In this document: piece by piece, positions 31,221 to 40,464 of the stretch | Layout of the letters: every line of letters begins with the position of its first letter | How positions within the stretch are numbered: position 1 is the first letter of the stretch | Assembly (NCBI GenBank): GCA_039179675.1 | Contig: JBCDEP010000007.1 | Span: 1,979-65,978 of the forward strand | DNA: 64,000 nt | Source of the DNA: Cyanobacteria bacterium P01_G01_bin.67 | GTDB taxonomy: Bacteria > Cyanobacteriota > Cyanobacteriia > Cyanobacteriales > Xenococcaceae | Reading direction: 5' to 3' | Made by a program: the position numbers and the translations under genes | Notes under the pieces: model-generated | What the model was told of the DNA's origin: nothing | What the model saw: only the letters and a program-made list of their open reading frames with translations | Databases searched by the model: none

Positions 31221-32294
31221 ATGAGTGAACGTAAAATAGCTTTGATCACTGGCATCACGGGTCAAGACGGTTCCTATTTGAGCGAGTTTTTGTTAGATCA
31301 AGGTTATGAAGTTCATGGCATTATCCGTCGGACTTCTACCTTCAACACGGATCGTATCGATCATATTTATATTGATCCCCACAGCCCAGATGCAAAATTA
31401 TTTTTACACTATGGTGATTTAACTGACGGCACTACTCTTAGACGTATTTTAGAAGAAGTAAAACCAACTGAAATATATAATTTGGGCGCTCAGTCTCATG
31501 TACGCGTCAGCTTTGACTCACCAGAATATACCGTTGACTCAGTAGGAATGGGGGCTTTACGCCTATTAGAAGCAGTAAGAGATTATCAACAACGGACGGG
31601 AATTGAGGTCAGATTTTATCAAGCAGGATCTTCCGAAATGTTTGGCAAAGTACTTGAAGTTCCTCAGAAGGAAACTACGCCTTTTTATCCACGAAGCCCT
31701 TACTCCTGTGCTAAAGTCTATGCTCATTGGCAAACGATTAACTATCGTGAATCATATAACCTTTTTGCCTGTAACGGTATTCTGTTTAATCATGAGTCCC
31801 CTCGTCGAGGTGAAACTTTTGTAACTCGTAAAATTACCAGAGCTGTAGCCCGTATCGTTGAAGGAACCCAGAAGAAATTATATTTGGGTAATCTCGATTC
31901 TAAAAGAGACTGGGGCTATGCTAAAGATTATGTCAAAGCGATGTGGATGATGCTGCAACAGGAACAGCCTGATGACTATGTAATTGCGACAGGTGAAACC
32001 TATGAAATCAAAGAATTTCTTGACATTGCCTTTAATCACGTTAATTTAGACTGGCATGATTATGTCGCTTTTGATCCTCGTTATCTACGCCCAGCAGAAG
32101 TTGATTTGTTAATTGGAGATCCTACTAAAGCGAAGAAACAATTAGGATGGGAACCGTCTGTTACCTTTGAAGAGCTAGTCAAGTTAATGGTAAATGCAGA
32201 CCTTGTTAATCTTAATTTACCCACTCCTGACGGGAGCCAAAACGAAGATAATTCTCCTTTAAATCGCCGCAATTTTGCAACTATTGTCGATTAG
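31221..32294 (+). CDS. gmd: GDP-mannose 4,6-dehydratase
   Basis: 357 aa. It has [31 protein letters not shown] and [17 protein letters not shown]. Confidence 0.95.
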   Translation: MSERKIALITGITGQDGSYLSEFLLDQGYEVHGIIRRTSTFNTDRIDHIYIDPHSPDAKLFLHYGDLTDGTTLRRILEEVKPTEIYNLGAQSHVRVSFDSPEYTVDSVGMGALRLLEAVRDYQQRTGIEVRFYQAGSSEMFGKVLEVPQKETTPFYPRSPYSCAKVYAHWQTINYRESYNLFACNGILFNHESPRRGETFVTRKITRAVARIVEGTQKKLYLGNLDSKRDWGYAKDYVKAMWMMLQQEQPDDYVIATGETYEIKEFLDIAFNHVNLDWHDYVAFDPRYLRPAEVDLLIGDPTKAKKQLGWEPSVTFEELVKLMVNADLVNLNLPTPDGSQNEDNSPLNRRNFATIVD

Positions 32295-32368
32295 TTTAAG
32301 CTGGCAATCTGAGTCATTAAAATAGGTTTTGTACCTAAAATATTTACATACTCGTTCTTAAATTGGTA

Positions 32369-33319
32369 ATGCTAAGTTTACAAGACAAAAATATTCTCGT
32401 TACTGGTGGTAATGGTTTTCTAGGCAAGCAGGTAGTAGATCAACTGTGTCAAGCAGGAGCAACCATTGGGAGAATCAGCACACCAAGGTCCCGCGAACTG
32501 GACTTATGCAAGTGGGAAAATTGTCAGCGAGCCGTTAAAGAACAACATGTAGTCATTCATTTGGCTGCTCACGTTGGTGGCATTGGGCTAAACAGAGAAA
32601 AGCCTGCTGAATTATTCTATGACAATCTGATGATGGGAACTCAGCTGATTCATGCAGCTTATCAAGAAGGGATTGAAAAATTTGTTTGTGTGGGAACGAT
32701 CTGCGCTTATCCTAAGTTTACTCCTGTCCCATTCAAGGAGGACGATCTCTGGAATGGTTACCCCGAAGAAACTAATGCTCCCTATGGTATTGCAAAGAAG
32801 GCTCTTTTAGTACAGTTAGAAGCTTATCGTCAACAATACAATTTCAACGGGATTTACCTTTTACCAGTTAATCTCTATGGTCCCGAAGATAATTTTGACA
32901 CGAGGAGTTCTCATGTAATTCCTGCCTTGATTCGCAAAGTTCATGAAGCGCAACAGCGGGGAGACCAAGAATTGCCAGCATGGGGAGATGGCAGTCCCAC
33001 CCGAGAGTTCTTGTATTCTACCGATGCAGCACGGGGTATTGTGATGGCGACTCAGAAATATAATGAGCCTGCTCCTGTAAATTTGGGTACCAATCACGAG
33101 ATAAAGATTAAAGATTTAGTTGAAACTATTTGTGAGCTAATGGATTTTCAGGGCGAAATAGTCTGGCAAACCGACCAGCCTAATGGGCAACCTCGCCGCT
33201 GTTTAGATACTCAAAGAGCCAAAGAAAAGTTTGGTTTTGTGGCGAAAACAGAGTTTAAGCAAGGCTTGAAGAACACTATTGACTGGTATCGTCAGCACGC
33301 GGATCTAGTTACCGCCTAA
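32369..33319 (+). CDS. fcl: GDP-L-fucose synthase
   Basis: The ATG at 32369 is preferred over TTG 32363. [15 protein letters not shown] and [12 protein letters not shown] motifs are present. It lies directly downstream of gmd. Confidence 0.9.
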   Translation: MLSLQDKNILVTGGNGFLGKQVVDQLCQAGATIGRISTPRSRELDLCKWENCQRAVKEQHVVIHLAAHVGGIGLNREKPAELFYDNLMMGTQLIHAAYQEGIEKFVCVGTICAYPKFTPVPFKEDDLWNGYPEETNAPYGIAKKALLVQLEAYRQQYNFNGIYLLPVNLYGPEDNFDTRSSHVIPALIRKVHEAQQRGDQELPAWGDGSPTREFLYSTDAARGIVMATQKYNEPAPVNLGTNHEIKIKDLVETICELMDFQGEIVWQTDQPNGQPRRCLDTQRAKEKFGFVAKTEFKQGLKNTIDWYRQHADLVTA

Positions 33320-33403
33320 TTTACAATTTAGACAATTATTCTATTACGCAGGGGAGTTAAATTAATCAATAATTTCTCTGTTTTTTTATGCAATCCAAAG
33401 ATC

Positions 33404-33442
33404 AAAGAATATAGACTATTAGTTCTATAGTCTATATTCTTT
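33404..33442 (+). terminator. long perfect hairpin after fcl (terminator-like)
   Basis: AAAGAATATAGACTA (33404-18) pairs with TAGTCTATATTCTTT (33428-42) in a 15-bp perfect stem with a 9-nt loop. It is flanked by a second pairing, GATCAAAG/CTTTGATC. Confidence 0.5.
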
Positions 33443-33562
33443 TGTTAGTAGGGCTTTGATCAACTTTACTATCTCTTTGGCGTTAGGCTAAGCTAACTTT
33501 GAATCAAATAAAGATCATGTTTCTATTTTAATCATCCATATGGCAATATTATTTATATTTCT

Positions 33563-34168
33563 ATGCTTAAAAAAAGTGATATTCTTCCTCTAATTTTAGC
33601 CACAATCTCGACAGCGCTTATCGTCGGGCTAGGCTATTTGTGGCTCACTAAAACCAATACTGTAAGAATTGACGGTGAAACGGAAGTTACCCATAATAGT
33701 GTTTCAAATGATTCCATAATTCAAGCTGACCTCAATGCTCAATTATCAGCTGAGTCTTCACGTGATTCTACAGAAGTTTTTGTGATTCCAGCTATAGTTC
33801 CCGAAGGTACAGCGGTAGATATCAATGGTTCGAGTAATCTAGATCAGATTAACCAAGCATTAGGTAGAAGTTTTCATCGGCAATTTCCTGGAACTGCTAT
33901 CATCACTGATGCAGATGGCAATACACAAGGTATAAATCTGTTAACCTCTGGTAATATTGACATTGCGGCTCTTGATCGACCTTTAAACAATACTGAGAAA
34001 GCGGCTGGGTTAGGGGCAATTAAAATTAATAAATCTTCCTCGGACAGCCGAGATGCTGCTGATTTGGAGTTTTATTATGCTTACCAAAAACCTGCTAATG
34101 CTGAAGTAGAGGCTTTCCTGGGTTTTGTTCTATCTCCCCAAGGACAGGAGTCAATTAATCAGTATTAA
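33563..34168 (+). CDS. membrane-anchored protein with a short PstS/PBP-like substrate-binding segment
   Basis: 201 aa with an N-terminal TM helix. INGSSNLDQINQALGRSFHRQFPG...SGNIDIAALDRPL resembles the N-lobe of PstS-family binding proteins, but the protein is much shorter than a full PBP. Confidence 0.4.
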   Translation: MLKKSDILPLILATISTALIVGLGYLWLTKTNTVRIDGETEVTHNSVSNDSIIQADLNAQLSAESSRDSTEVFVIPAIVPEGTAVDINGSSNLDQINQALGRSFHRQFPGTAIITDADGNTQGINLLTSGNIDIAALDRPLNNTEKAAGLGAIKINKSSSDSRDAADLEFYYAYQKPANAEVEAFLGFVLSPQGQESINQY

Positions 34169-34228
34169 GCAGCTTACATTGCACTGCTTTCCTCTATAGT
34201 GTTGCTAAAGTCTTTCTTGAAGACTTAA

Positions 34229-34792
34229 TTAGGGTTTGATGGGGAGAACAGAAGAATTTTGGGGTGTAGAGAAATCAATTCCTGTTCCTCGATCATAGAT
34301 CTCAATATTCCATTGTCCCGAGCGATTGCCTTCAAATGAGATAAATCTTCCATTCCCACTGATACTAGGGTGACGCACCTCACCAATAAAATTACTGGTT
34401 AAATTTTCGCTTTTGGCTTTTAGTCGATCATATAAGTAAATATCAGATTTACCCAACTGTTCTGAGCGATAAACAATATAGCGTCCGTCGGCACTTAGAT
34501 CCGCTTGAGATTGCATACTGCCTGATTGATTTAATCCTGGAAGAGAGATCGTCTGTCGACGCTGAAGATCATATAAATAAACACTCCGTTTAATTGTGCG
34601 ATCGCTATTGTATATTAAATAGCGACCATTATTAGAAAAGTTTGGATATCCCTCGGCTGAAGTGGAATTTAGGGCAGAAGCTATAGTTTGAATGGGTGGC
34701 GTTATATATCTAGAATTCTGACAACTACCTAAAGTAAGCATTGTGGTTGTCAGAATTAGCTGGACTAAAAATGATTTAGGACACCACTTCAT
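34229..34792 (-). CDS. PD40/TolB-like beta-propeller lipoprotein
   Basis: 187 aa with lipobox LTLGSC. It has repeated PxxSxDGRYIVYxSDR-type (WD40-like beta-propeller) units. Confidence 0.6.
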   Translation of the reverse strand: MKWCPKSFLVQLILTTTMLTLGSCQNSRYITPPIQTIASALNSTSAEGYPNFSNNGRYLIYNSDRTIKRSVYLYDLQRRQTISLPGLNQSGSMQSQADLSADGRYIVYRSEQLGKSDIYLYDRLKAKSENLTSNFIGEVRHPSISGNGRFISFEGNRSGQWNIEIYDRGTGIDFSTPQNSSVLPIKP

Positions 34793-35066
34793 TATGATCT
34801 ACCTCTTGGGTAGAGTTGGGTAAAGCGCAACAATTGACGCTATCAAGGCAGACTTTCCCCCATTGTAGAGACCAACGCACTAACTCAACTCGGTTGATTG
34901 CTCCTGTCTTCTTCAAAATGTTGCTGATGTGGTTGTCAACAGTTCGCTTACTTATTTCTAGTTTCTGGGCAATTTTATGGTTGCTTAAGCCAATTACTAC
35001 AAGCTCGACAATTTCTAATTCTCTCGTTGACAACAATGCTTCATGTCTAAGTTTCTCAGCTTCCAT
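34776..35066 (-). CDS. small LuxR/GerE-type HTH transcriptional regulator
   Basis: The ATG at comp 35066 is preferred (MEAEKLRHEALLSTRELEIVELVVIGLSNHKIAQKLEISKRTVDNHISNILKKTG). Its stop overlaps the start of the PD40 gene by 17 nt. Confidence 0.75.
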   Translation of the reverse strand: MEAEKLRHEALLSTRELEIVELVVIGLSNHKIAQKLEISKRTVDNHISNILKKTGAINRVELVRWSLQWGKVCLDSVNCCALPNSTQEVDHNEVVS

Positions 35067-35522
35067 CAATATTACCCAGTACAACTACTCAATACACCCC
35101 TCTATTCTAAAAGGTAGTTCAGGGAATTGATTATCGGTGAAGTTATAAATGAATTATTCTTTAACAATTAGACTAAAGTTTGTAAGTTAATGCTAACTAT
35201 AATTGCAAATTCTCAAGGTTTTGTTACTGACTGAGGCGAACGAATCAGATCTATGTGTGAGGCTGATTGTTTAAGCAGCAAACTTAGGAATTAAATCGCT
35301 AACTTGCTTTGAATTTTAGCTAAGGACTGAAGCTGAATTGTGGTAAGTGCGAAGATATAGACCTGAGATTTGACTCGTAAGTTAAGTTCGATTCTCGCCG
35401 TTCCCAAGTACTTGAATCGATACTTATCGCTAAAGATTATGGTAATTTTGTCAATCTTTAGCTGGAAAATAGAAAACTCCACACTATATATAGACATGCA
35501 GCCAAGTTGATTGAGCTTTGCC

Positions 35523-35690
35523 CTAGGCGTTTTTTAGTAAGTGCTTCACCAAATTATCTTTAACCATCATTTGGCGAAACATTTCTAATAGATATTCTTG
35601 AGCCTGTTCTTTGCTCAAACCCTGTACTTGTTCTTGAAGCACTTTTAGCTTGAATTGTTGCTCCATACTTAATTGACTTGATAAATTCAT
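35523..35690 (-). CDS. nblA: phycobilisome degradation protein NblA
   Basis: 55 aa from the ATG at comp 35690 (MNLSSQLSMEQQFKLKVLQEQVQGLSKEQAQEYLLEMFRQMMVKDNLVKHLL). The LS(L/M)EQQF motif and two-helix layout are typical of NblA. Confidence 0.85.
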   Translation of the reverse strand: MNLSSQLSMEQQFKLKVLQEQVQGLSKEQAQEYLLEMFRQMMVKDNLVKHLLKNA

Positions 35691-35972
35691 GAGTATGTTT
35701 CTCCTTTGTTCCAAATATTTACCTAGCTGATGAGAATAATAATCTCAGACTTAGCTAAGAGTTAATTTGCAATCAATCTAGCACTGGCACTATAAAAAGT
35801 CCACAATGTCAAGGATTAATTAATTAAAGCAACAAAAAGTTATAAAATACTTATAGTAAAGCAGTAGTTTTGGTGTATTTTGATGCGGAAAAAATATGAA
35901 GATCGACTATGCGAGAGAGATGGAGACTAATTTATCGATATAGTAATTATTAAAGCGATAAATAAAAATTAT

Positions 35973-36578
35973 ATGACTATGAACACGATAAAAGACGCAA
36001 AGGAATTTTTTCAACAAAGTGCGGGGAAATGGCGATCGCAACGTACGACTCATCACCTTCCGTTCCGCAGAGCCGAAAGCGGAGGATCAGATATCCAGGT
36101 CGATTTTCTCGATGCTAAAGACCCAAAAATTGTTGCTATTTGTGAAATGCACAATGAAGATCCACAGACAGCAATTGGCGGAGCATTTGTAAGCTGGGAT
36201 GGCTCAATGGCATGGGATAAAGAAAATGAAGATCATAAAGGGACAACGGTCTTTGCTTTAATTCCTGAGCCAGGAGACCAAAGACAAGGGAAGCTACTTA
36301 GAGAAAGAGGCTATGCTGAGATTGTTCCTGTAGCAGGAAAATATCACATGGATGAATCAGATGGGCTAGTATTAATAACCGAATACGAAACCATGAGCAT
36401 TATTGAACGTTTTTGGTTTGTCAGTCCCGATCTCCGTCTTAGAAGCAGTACCGTCAAAAGATTTGGCGGGTTTAATACAGCAACCTTTTGTGCTGAGTCT
36501 CGCGTCGATAAACTGAGTGGCTCAGAATCAACCTTAGAAAGTAGTGATACTCAATCGTTTGCTATCTCAGGATGGTAG
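35973..36578 (+). CDS. cpcS: phycobiliprotein lyase, CpcS/CpeS (S/U) family
   Basis: 201 aa. EFFQQSAGKWRSQRTTHHLPFRRAESGGSDIQV matches the CpcS-family N-terminus as I recall it. Confidence 0.8.
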   Translation: MTMNTIKDAKEFFQQSAGKWRSQRTTHHLPFRRAESGGSDIQVDFLDAKDPKIVAICEMHNEDPQTAIGGAFVSWDGSMAWDKENEDHKGTTVFALIPEPGDQRQGKLLRERGYAEIVPVAGKYHMDESDGLVLITEYETMSIIERFWFVSPDLRLRSSTVKRFGGFNTATFCAESRVDKLSGSESTLESSDTQSFAISGW

Positions 36579-36721
36579 TTAATTGCGAATAAAAGTAACG
36601 CCCCCAAAATCAACTAATAACTCTGTAATATTTTGTTACCGTTGTTCATTTAGCAACCCTGTCTAACGTATGATTGGGACTAAGATTTTTAATATACTTT
36701 ACAATAGGCGGAGGTTTTGAC

Positions 36722-37480
36722 TTGTCTATTCCTTTATTGGGCTATAAGCCTAGTTCTCAAAATGTTCGTGTTTCAGGATACGATATTGGGGGAGATGACC
36801 AACCCAGAATTTATTCAGCAGAGAATCTACTTTCTTTGTCTGAAATGAATGATTTGATTGAAGTTGCTTATCGTCAAATCTTTTTCCATGCCTTTCGCGC
36901 GGATCGTGAAAGATTTTTAGAGTCTCAGTTGCGTAACGGTCAAATTACCGTGCGTGATTTTATTCGAGGACTTTTACTCTCAGAAACCTTCTATAACAGC
37001 TTCTACGTCAAAAACAGTAACTATCGCTTTGTTGAGCAATGTGTTCAAAGGGTTTTAGGACGTGATGTTTACAATGAAAGAGAGAAAATTGCTTGGTCAA
37101 TTAAAGTAGCGACCAAAGGCATTGAAGGATTCGTTGACGAATTGCTGGACAGCGATGAATACATGGAAAACTTTGGCTACGATATTGTGCCTTACCAACG
37201 TCGTCGAGTACTTGCTAGTCGTGATCAAGGCGAACGTCCTTTCAATATTACGTCTCCTCGATATGACGAGTATTACCGTTCCATCTTGGGCTTTCCTCAA
37301 ATTATTTGGCAAAGCGAAGTGCGTCGTTATACTCCCCAAGAAGCAAAACCAAAAGCGGGAAGTCCTGCTCTATATTTAGACATGGCACGCAGTCTGCCTA
37401 ACAGAGCCAATGCTCCCAGCACAACTTCGGCAACAAATATCAACTACTTGAGCAAGGTTCCATACCGCAAGACTACTTAA
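36722..37480 (+). CDS. cpcG: phycobilisome rod-core linker polypeptide
   Basis: The likely start is TTG 36722, preceded by GGAGG, giving (M)[27 protein letters not shown]... The PBS-linker domain motifs [46 protein letters not shown] and [12 protein letters not shown] are present. Confidence 0.9.
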   Translation: MSIPLLGYKPSSQNVRVSGYDIGGDDQPRIYSAENLLSLSEMNDLIEVAYRQIFFHAFRADRERFLESQLRNGQITVRDFIRGLLLSETFYNSFYVKNSNYRFVEQCVQRVLGRDVYNEREKIAWSIKVATKGIEGFVDELLDSDEYMENFGYDIVPYQRRRVLASRDQGERPFNITSPRYDEYYRSILGFPQIIWQSEVRRYTPQEAKPKAGSPALYLDMARSLPNRANAPSTTSATNINYLSKVPYRKTT

Positions 37481-37538
37481 TATAAGTCTAGTTTGAGTAT
37501 TAGTTGTTAAATTCTTAGGTTAACTTCTTAATCAATGA

Positions 37539-37605
37539 GAGGGTGAATTATAAATTAGCTTCATAGTTTTGAGAAAAATTAGGTTGTTAATTTATAAGCA
37601 CCCTC
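37539..37605 (+). terminator. long hairpin terminator after cpcG
   Basis: GAGGGTGAATTATAAATTA pairs with TAATTTATAAGCACCCTC in a stem of about 18 bp with one bulge. A T-rich tract (TTTTAAATTATTTTTT) follows. Confidence 0.6.
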
Positions 37606-38110
37606 TTTTAAATTATTTTTTATTAATAAATTAGCTACTTCCCATAATTGCCTGATTTGTCATGATACTAATATTTAGTTCAGTCAGTTACGATTAATAA
37701 TTACTATAATTAACGAAAATTAAGTTAGTAGGTAGCACTCTAAAAACAAGATAGATTTTGATGGCAATTAGTTATCTCTCTCTATTACCTAATTTCCGAA
37801 TAAAACATCTTCTAATTAGTTTGTACTGCTTACTTAGATTTTTGCATCAGCGCAATGATGCCAACTAATACTAATTCAATCAATGTTGGCAACAGATAAT
37901 CTTTAGGTCGGAGTTTTTCTTGTCGGCAAAACACTGTCGAAGATACCAGGCATTTGTTAGATGAACTGCATTCTTTTTTCAATTTGGTATAATTTTTTCA
38001 ATACAATTTTTGATTCTTAGTATAATTTTATAAACTTTAATTTCAGCATTTAATAATAATCGATTGCATATATAAAAGCATCTATTTTCTAGTTTATTGC
38101 AGAAGTATTC

Positions 38111-40381
38111 ATGAAGTTCAAACATAGGATCAAACAGGTTGCAAATTTCATAAATAAGCCACAGATAAAAAAGAGAAAGTTATCATTACATCTAGTAATC
38201 ATACTGCCAATTTTATGTAATTCTTTAGCTACAATTGCCTTAATAGAATACTTTTGGGATTTAGAGAACAAAGAAAATATCAATAATGTTATTGATATTC
38301 AGGTTGAAAATATTAGTGATCATCTCTTATTGCGTTTAGATAATTTTAAAGTAGCAAAAGATATTACATTTAAGGAGCTTAAAGTTCAGATTGTTTCTCA
38401 GATGCTTGAAAAGTATTTATCTGAAATAGATATCGATTATTTAGTTAAAGTCGCGATTATCAATCAAAATGGTTCAATCATTGCTAGCAACTTCAGAAAG
38501 TCAAAGGCTAAATCAGCTCTTGATGATCAAGCTATTTTAACTTATCTCCAACCAAGGTTTAGCAATTTTTCTCATCTAAATCAGCCTAAAGCATTGAGTT
38601 TTAAAATTAGGCAACAAGATTTTTTAGGACAAGTAACTCCCTGGCCAAATCAGGAGTTAGACTCAAATTGGTTAATGCTAGTGGTGATTCCCAAATCTGA
38701 ATTGGGGATTAGCTCGACAGCAGAACATCATGATTTGCTATCAAAGCACTTCTTGTATATATTACCAATTATTCTTCTTGGTTTATTAACTTATGTATGG
38801 ATAATTTTAGTAATTAATAATCTAAACCAATTAGGAGAAAATAAACCTGTACTTAGTCAAGAAATCGTCCCAGAACATGAGGGAGAAAGTAAGCAGTCTT
38901 TAGAATTATTAAATAATCACAATGATTTAGCGATTAATAAAGACGAAGCTATCAATTACGATGCATATGTCTTGCTAGCAGATATGAGTCACGAACTACG
39001 CTCTCCCTTAAATGCGATCTTGGGATTTGCCCAAATTATGGAGCAAGAATTATCAACTACGTCAGCAAGTCTGGAAAATGATATTGCAATTATTAATCGT
39101 AATGGCGAACGTTTGTTATCGATTATTAACGATGTAGTTGACTTAGCTAAAATCGAGACAAATCGACTGACTTTAGAAAAAACCCATATTGACTTTCATG
39201 CATGGTTAGACAATTTAGAGCAAAGCTTCAAATTTCAGGCACATAATCAGGGTTGGGAATTTTCTCTGATTAGGCAACAGGATTTACCTAGGTATCTTTA
39301 CGTAGATGAGCGGAGACTACGCCAGATTTTGAGAAATCTAATTGATTATTGCCTCAAATCTACTACTCTCACAACAGATGTCAGTCTTAAAGTTATGTCT
39401 AGCAGTGCTGCCATGATGACGGTTGGAGTAAGCCAGCACAACTCTGATCAAAAGCATAAAGTTGGGTTTCAAGTAGAAAATGCCAACATTTCAGTTACTG
39501 CAACCGAATTAGCCACTCTATTCGATCCTATGGTTAGGATTAAACAGGAACAAAAAGCATCAGAAGGTAGTTCTCTGAATCTGCCCATTAGCTATAAACT
39601 AGCTCAATTGATGGGAGGGGATATTACCGTCGAAGACAGCAAGAGTTCAGAGTCGGGCGTAATTTTTAATTTAGAGATTCAAGCAGAGAGTATTGTGGCG
39701 CAGAAATTACCTGTTCAATCTACTTTGAGAAGAATTATCGGTTTAGAATCAGACCAGATTGAATATAGAATTTTGATCGTAGACGACTCTAAAACCAATC
39801 GTAAGATTATGTCTCACCTCTTAGAACCAGTCGGTTTTAAAGTTAAAGAAGCAGTCAATGGTCAGGAAGCGATCGATGTTTGGTTGCGTTGGCAACCCCA
39901 TATGATTTGGATGGATTTAAGAATGCCTGTCATGAATGGTTGTGAGGCAACTGAACAAATTAAATCTTATTCCCAAGCCTTGTATACGCCGATTGTGGCA
40001 TTGAGTGCTAGCACCCTAGAAGAAGAAAAGTCACAAATCAAAGCGGCAGGATGTGATGATTTTGTCGGAAAACCCTTTTCAGAGAACATTATTTTTGAAA
40101 AAATTGCTCAACATTTGGGAATAAGGTATAAATACGAATCAATTATTCCTTCCTCTAGTAACAATTTTAAATTGACGGCGGATACATTGGATGTCATGTC
40201 TGACCAGTGGTTAAACCAGGTAGAGCAGGCGGCAATAGTACTGGATCAAAATTTACTTACCCAACTATTACAAATAATTCCCTCAGAACATAATGATTTA
40301 AAACATTCCCTGCAAAAGCAGGTTAACAACTTTGATTTCGATAAAATTCTTAGTTTAGTAAGAAATAGCAAGAATAATTAA
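38111..40381 (+). CDS. hybrid sensor histidine kinase (TM sensor, HisKA, degenerate HATPase, receiver, C-terminal helical domain)
   Basis: 756 aa with the H-box MSHELRSPLNAILGF and a receiver (ILIVDDSKTNRK ... WMDLRMPVMNG ... ALSAS ... GKPF). The N, G1 and G2 boxes are not canonical (see findings). Confidence 0.85.
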   Translation: MKFKHRIKQVANFINKPQIKKRKLSLHLVIILPILCNSLATIALIEYFWDLENKENINNVIDIQVENISDHLLLRLDNFKVAKDITFKELKVQIVSQMLEKYLSEIDIDYLVKVAIINQNGSIIASNFRKSKAKSALDDQAILTYLQPRFSNFSHLNQPKALSFKIRQQDFLGQVTPWPNQELDSNWLMLVVIPKSELGISSTAEHHDLLSKHFLYILPIILLGLLTYVWIILVINNLNQLGENKPVLSQEIVPEHEGESKQSLELLNNHNDLAINKDEAINYDAYVLLADMSHELRSPLNAILGFAQIMEQELSTTSASLENDIAIINRNGERLLSIINDVVDLAKIETNRLTLEKTHIDFHAWLDNLEQSFKFQAHNQGWEFSLIRQQDLPRYLYVDERRLRQILRNLIDYCLKSTTLTTDVSLKVMSSSAAMMTVGVSQHNSDQKHKVGFQVENANISVTATELATLFDPMVRIKQEQKASEGSSLNLPISYKLAQLMGGDITVEDSKSSESGVIFNLEIQAESIVAQKLPVQSTLRRIIGLESDQIEYRILIVDDSKTNRKIMSHLLEPVGFKVKEAVNGQEAIDVWLRWQPHMIWMDLRMPVMNGCEATEQIKSYSQALYTPIVALSASTLEEEKSQIKAAGCDDFVGKPFSENIIFEKIAQHLGIRYKYESIIPSSSNNFKLTADTLDVMSDQWLNQVEQAAIVLDQNLLTQLLQIIPSEHNDLKHSLQKQVNNFDFDKILSLVRNSKNN

Positions 40382-40464
40382 TTAGTAAGGTAGGTGTCTC
40401 GCCTAAAACGATTGGAAGCTATTCACTTTGTCAATATAATCAATCATCAGCTAAATTAGGAAAA

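Noticed and set aside
35380-35410. A tRNA/tmRNA-like 3' end (AAGTTCGATTCTCGCCGTTCCCA), which might be an att-site remnant of an integrated element.
   Set aside because: There is no matching 5' acceptor strand (GGGAACG) or T-stem partner upstream, so no cloverleaf can be drawn. No integrase or foreign-looking genes flank it. It is probably a chance resemblance or a very old remnant.
37790-37970. A minus-strand ORF of about 52 codons in the 630-bp AT-rich spacer before the histidine kinase. Its end (..DYLLPTLIELVLVGIIALMQKSK*) resembles a pilin N-terminal helix.
   Set aside because: It has only a TTG start, no G|F cleavage motif, and lies in very AT-rich low-information sequence below the ORF-track threshold. 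It cannot be distinguished from noise or a decayed pilin fragment without homology searches.
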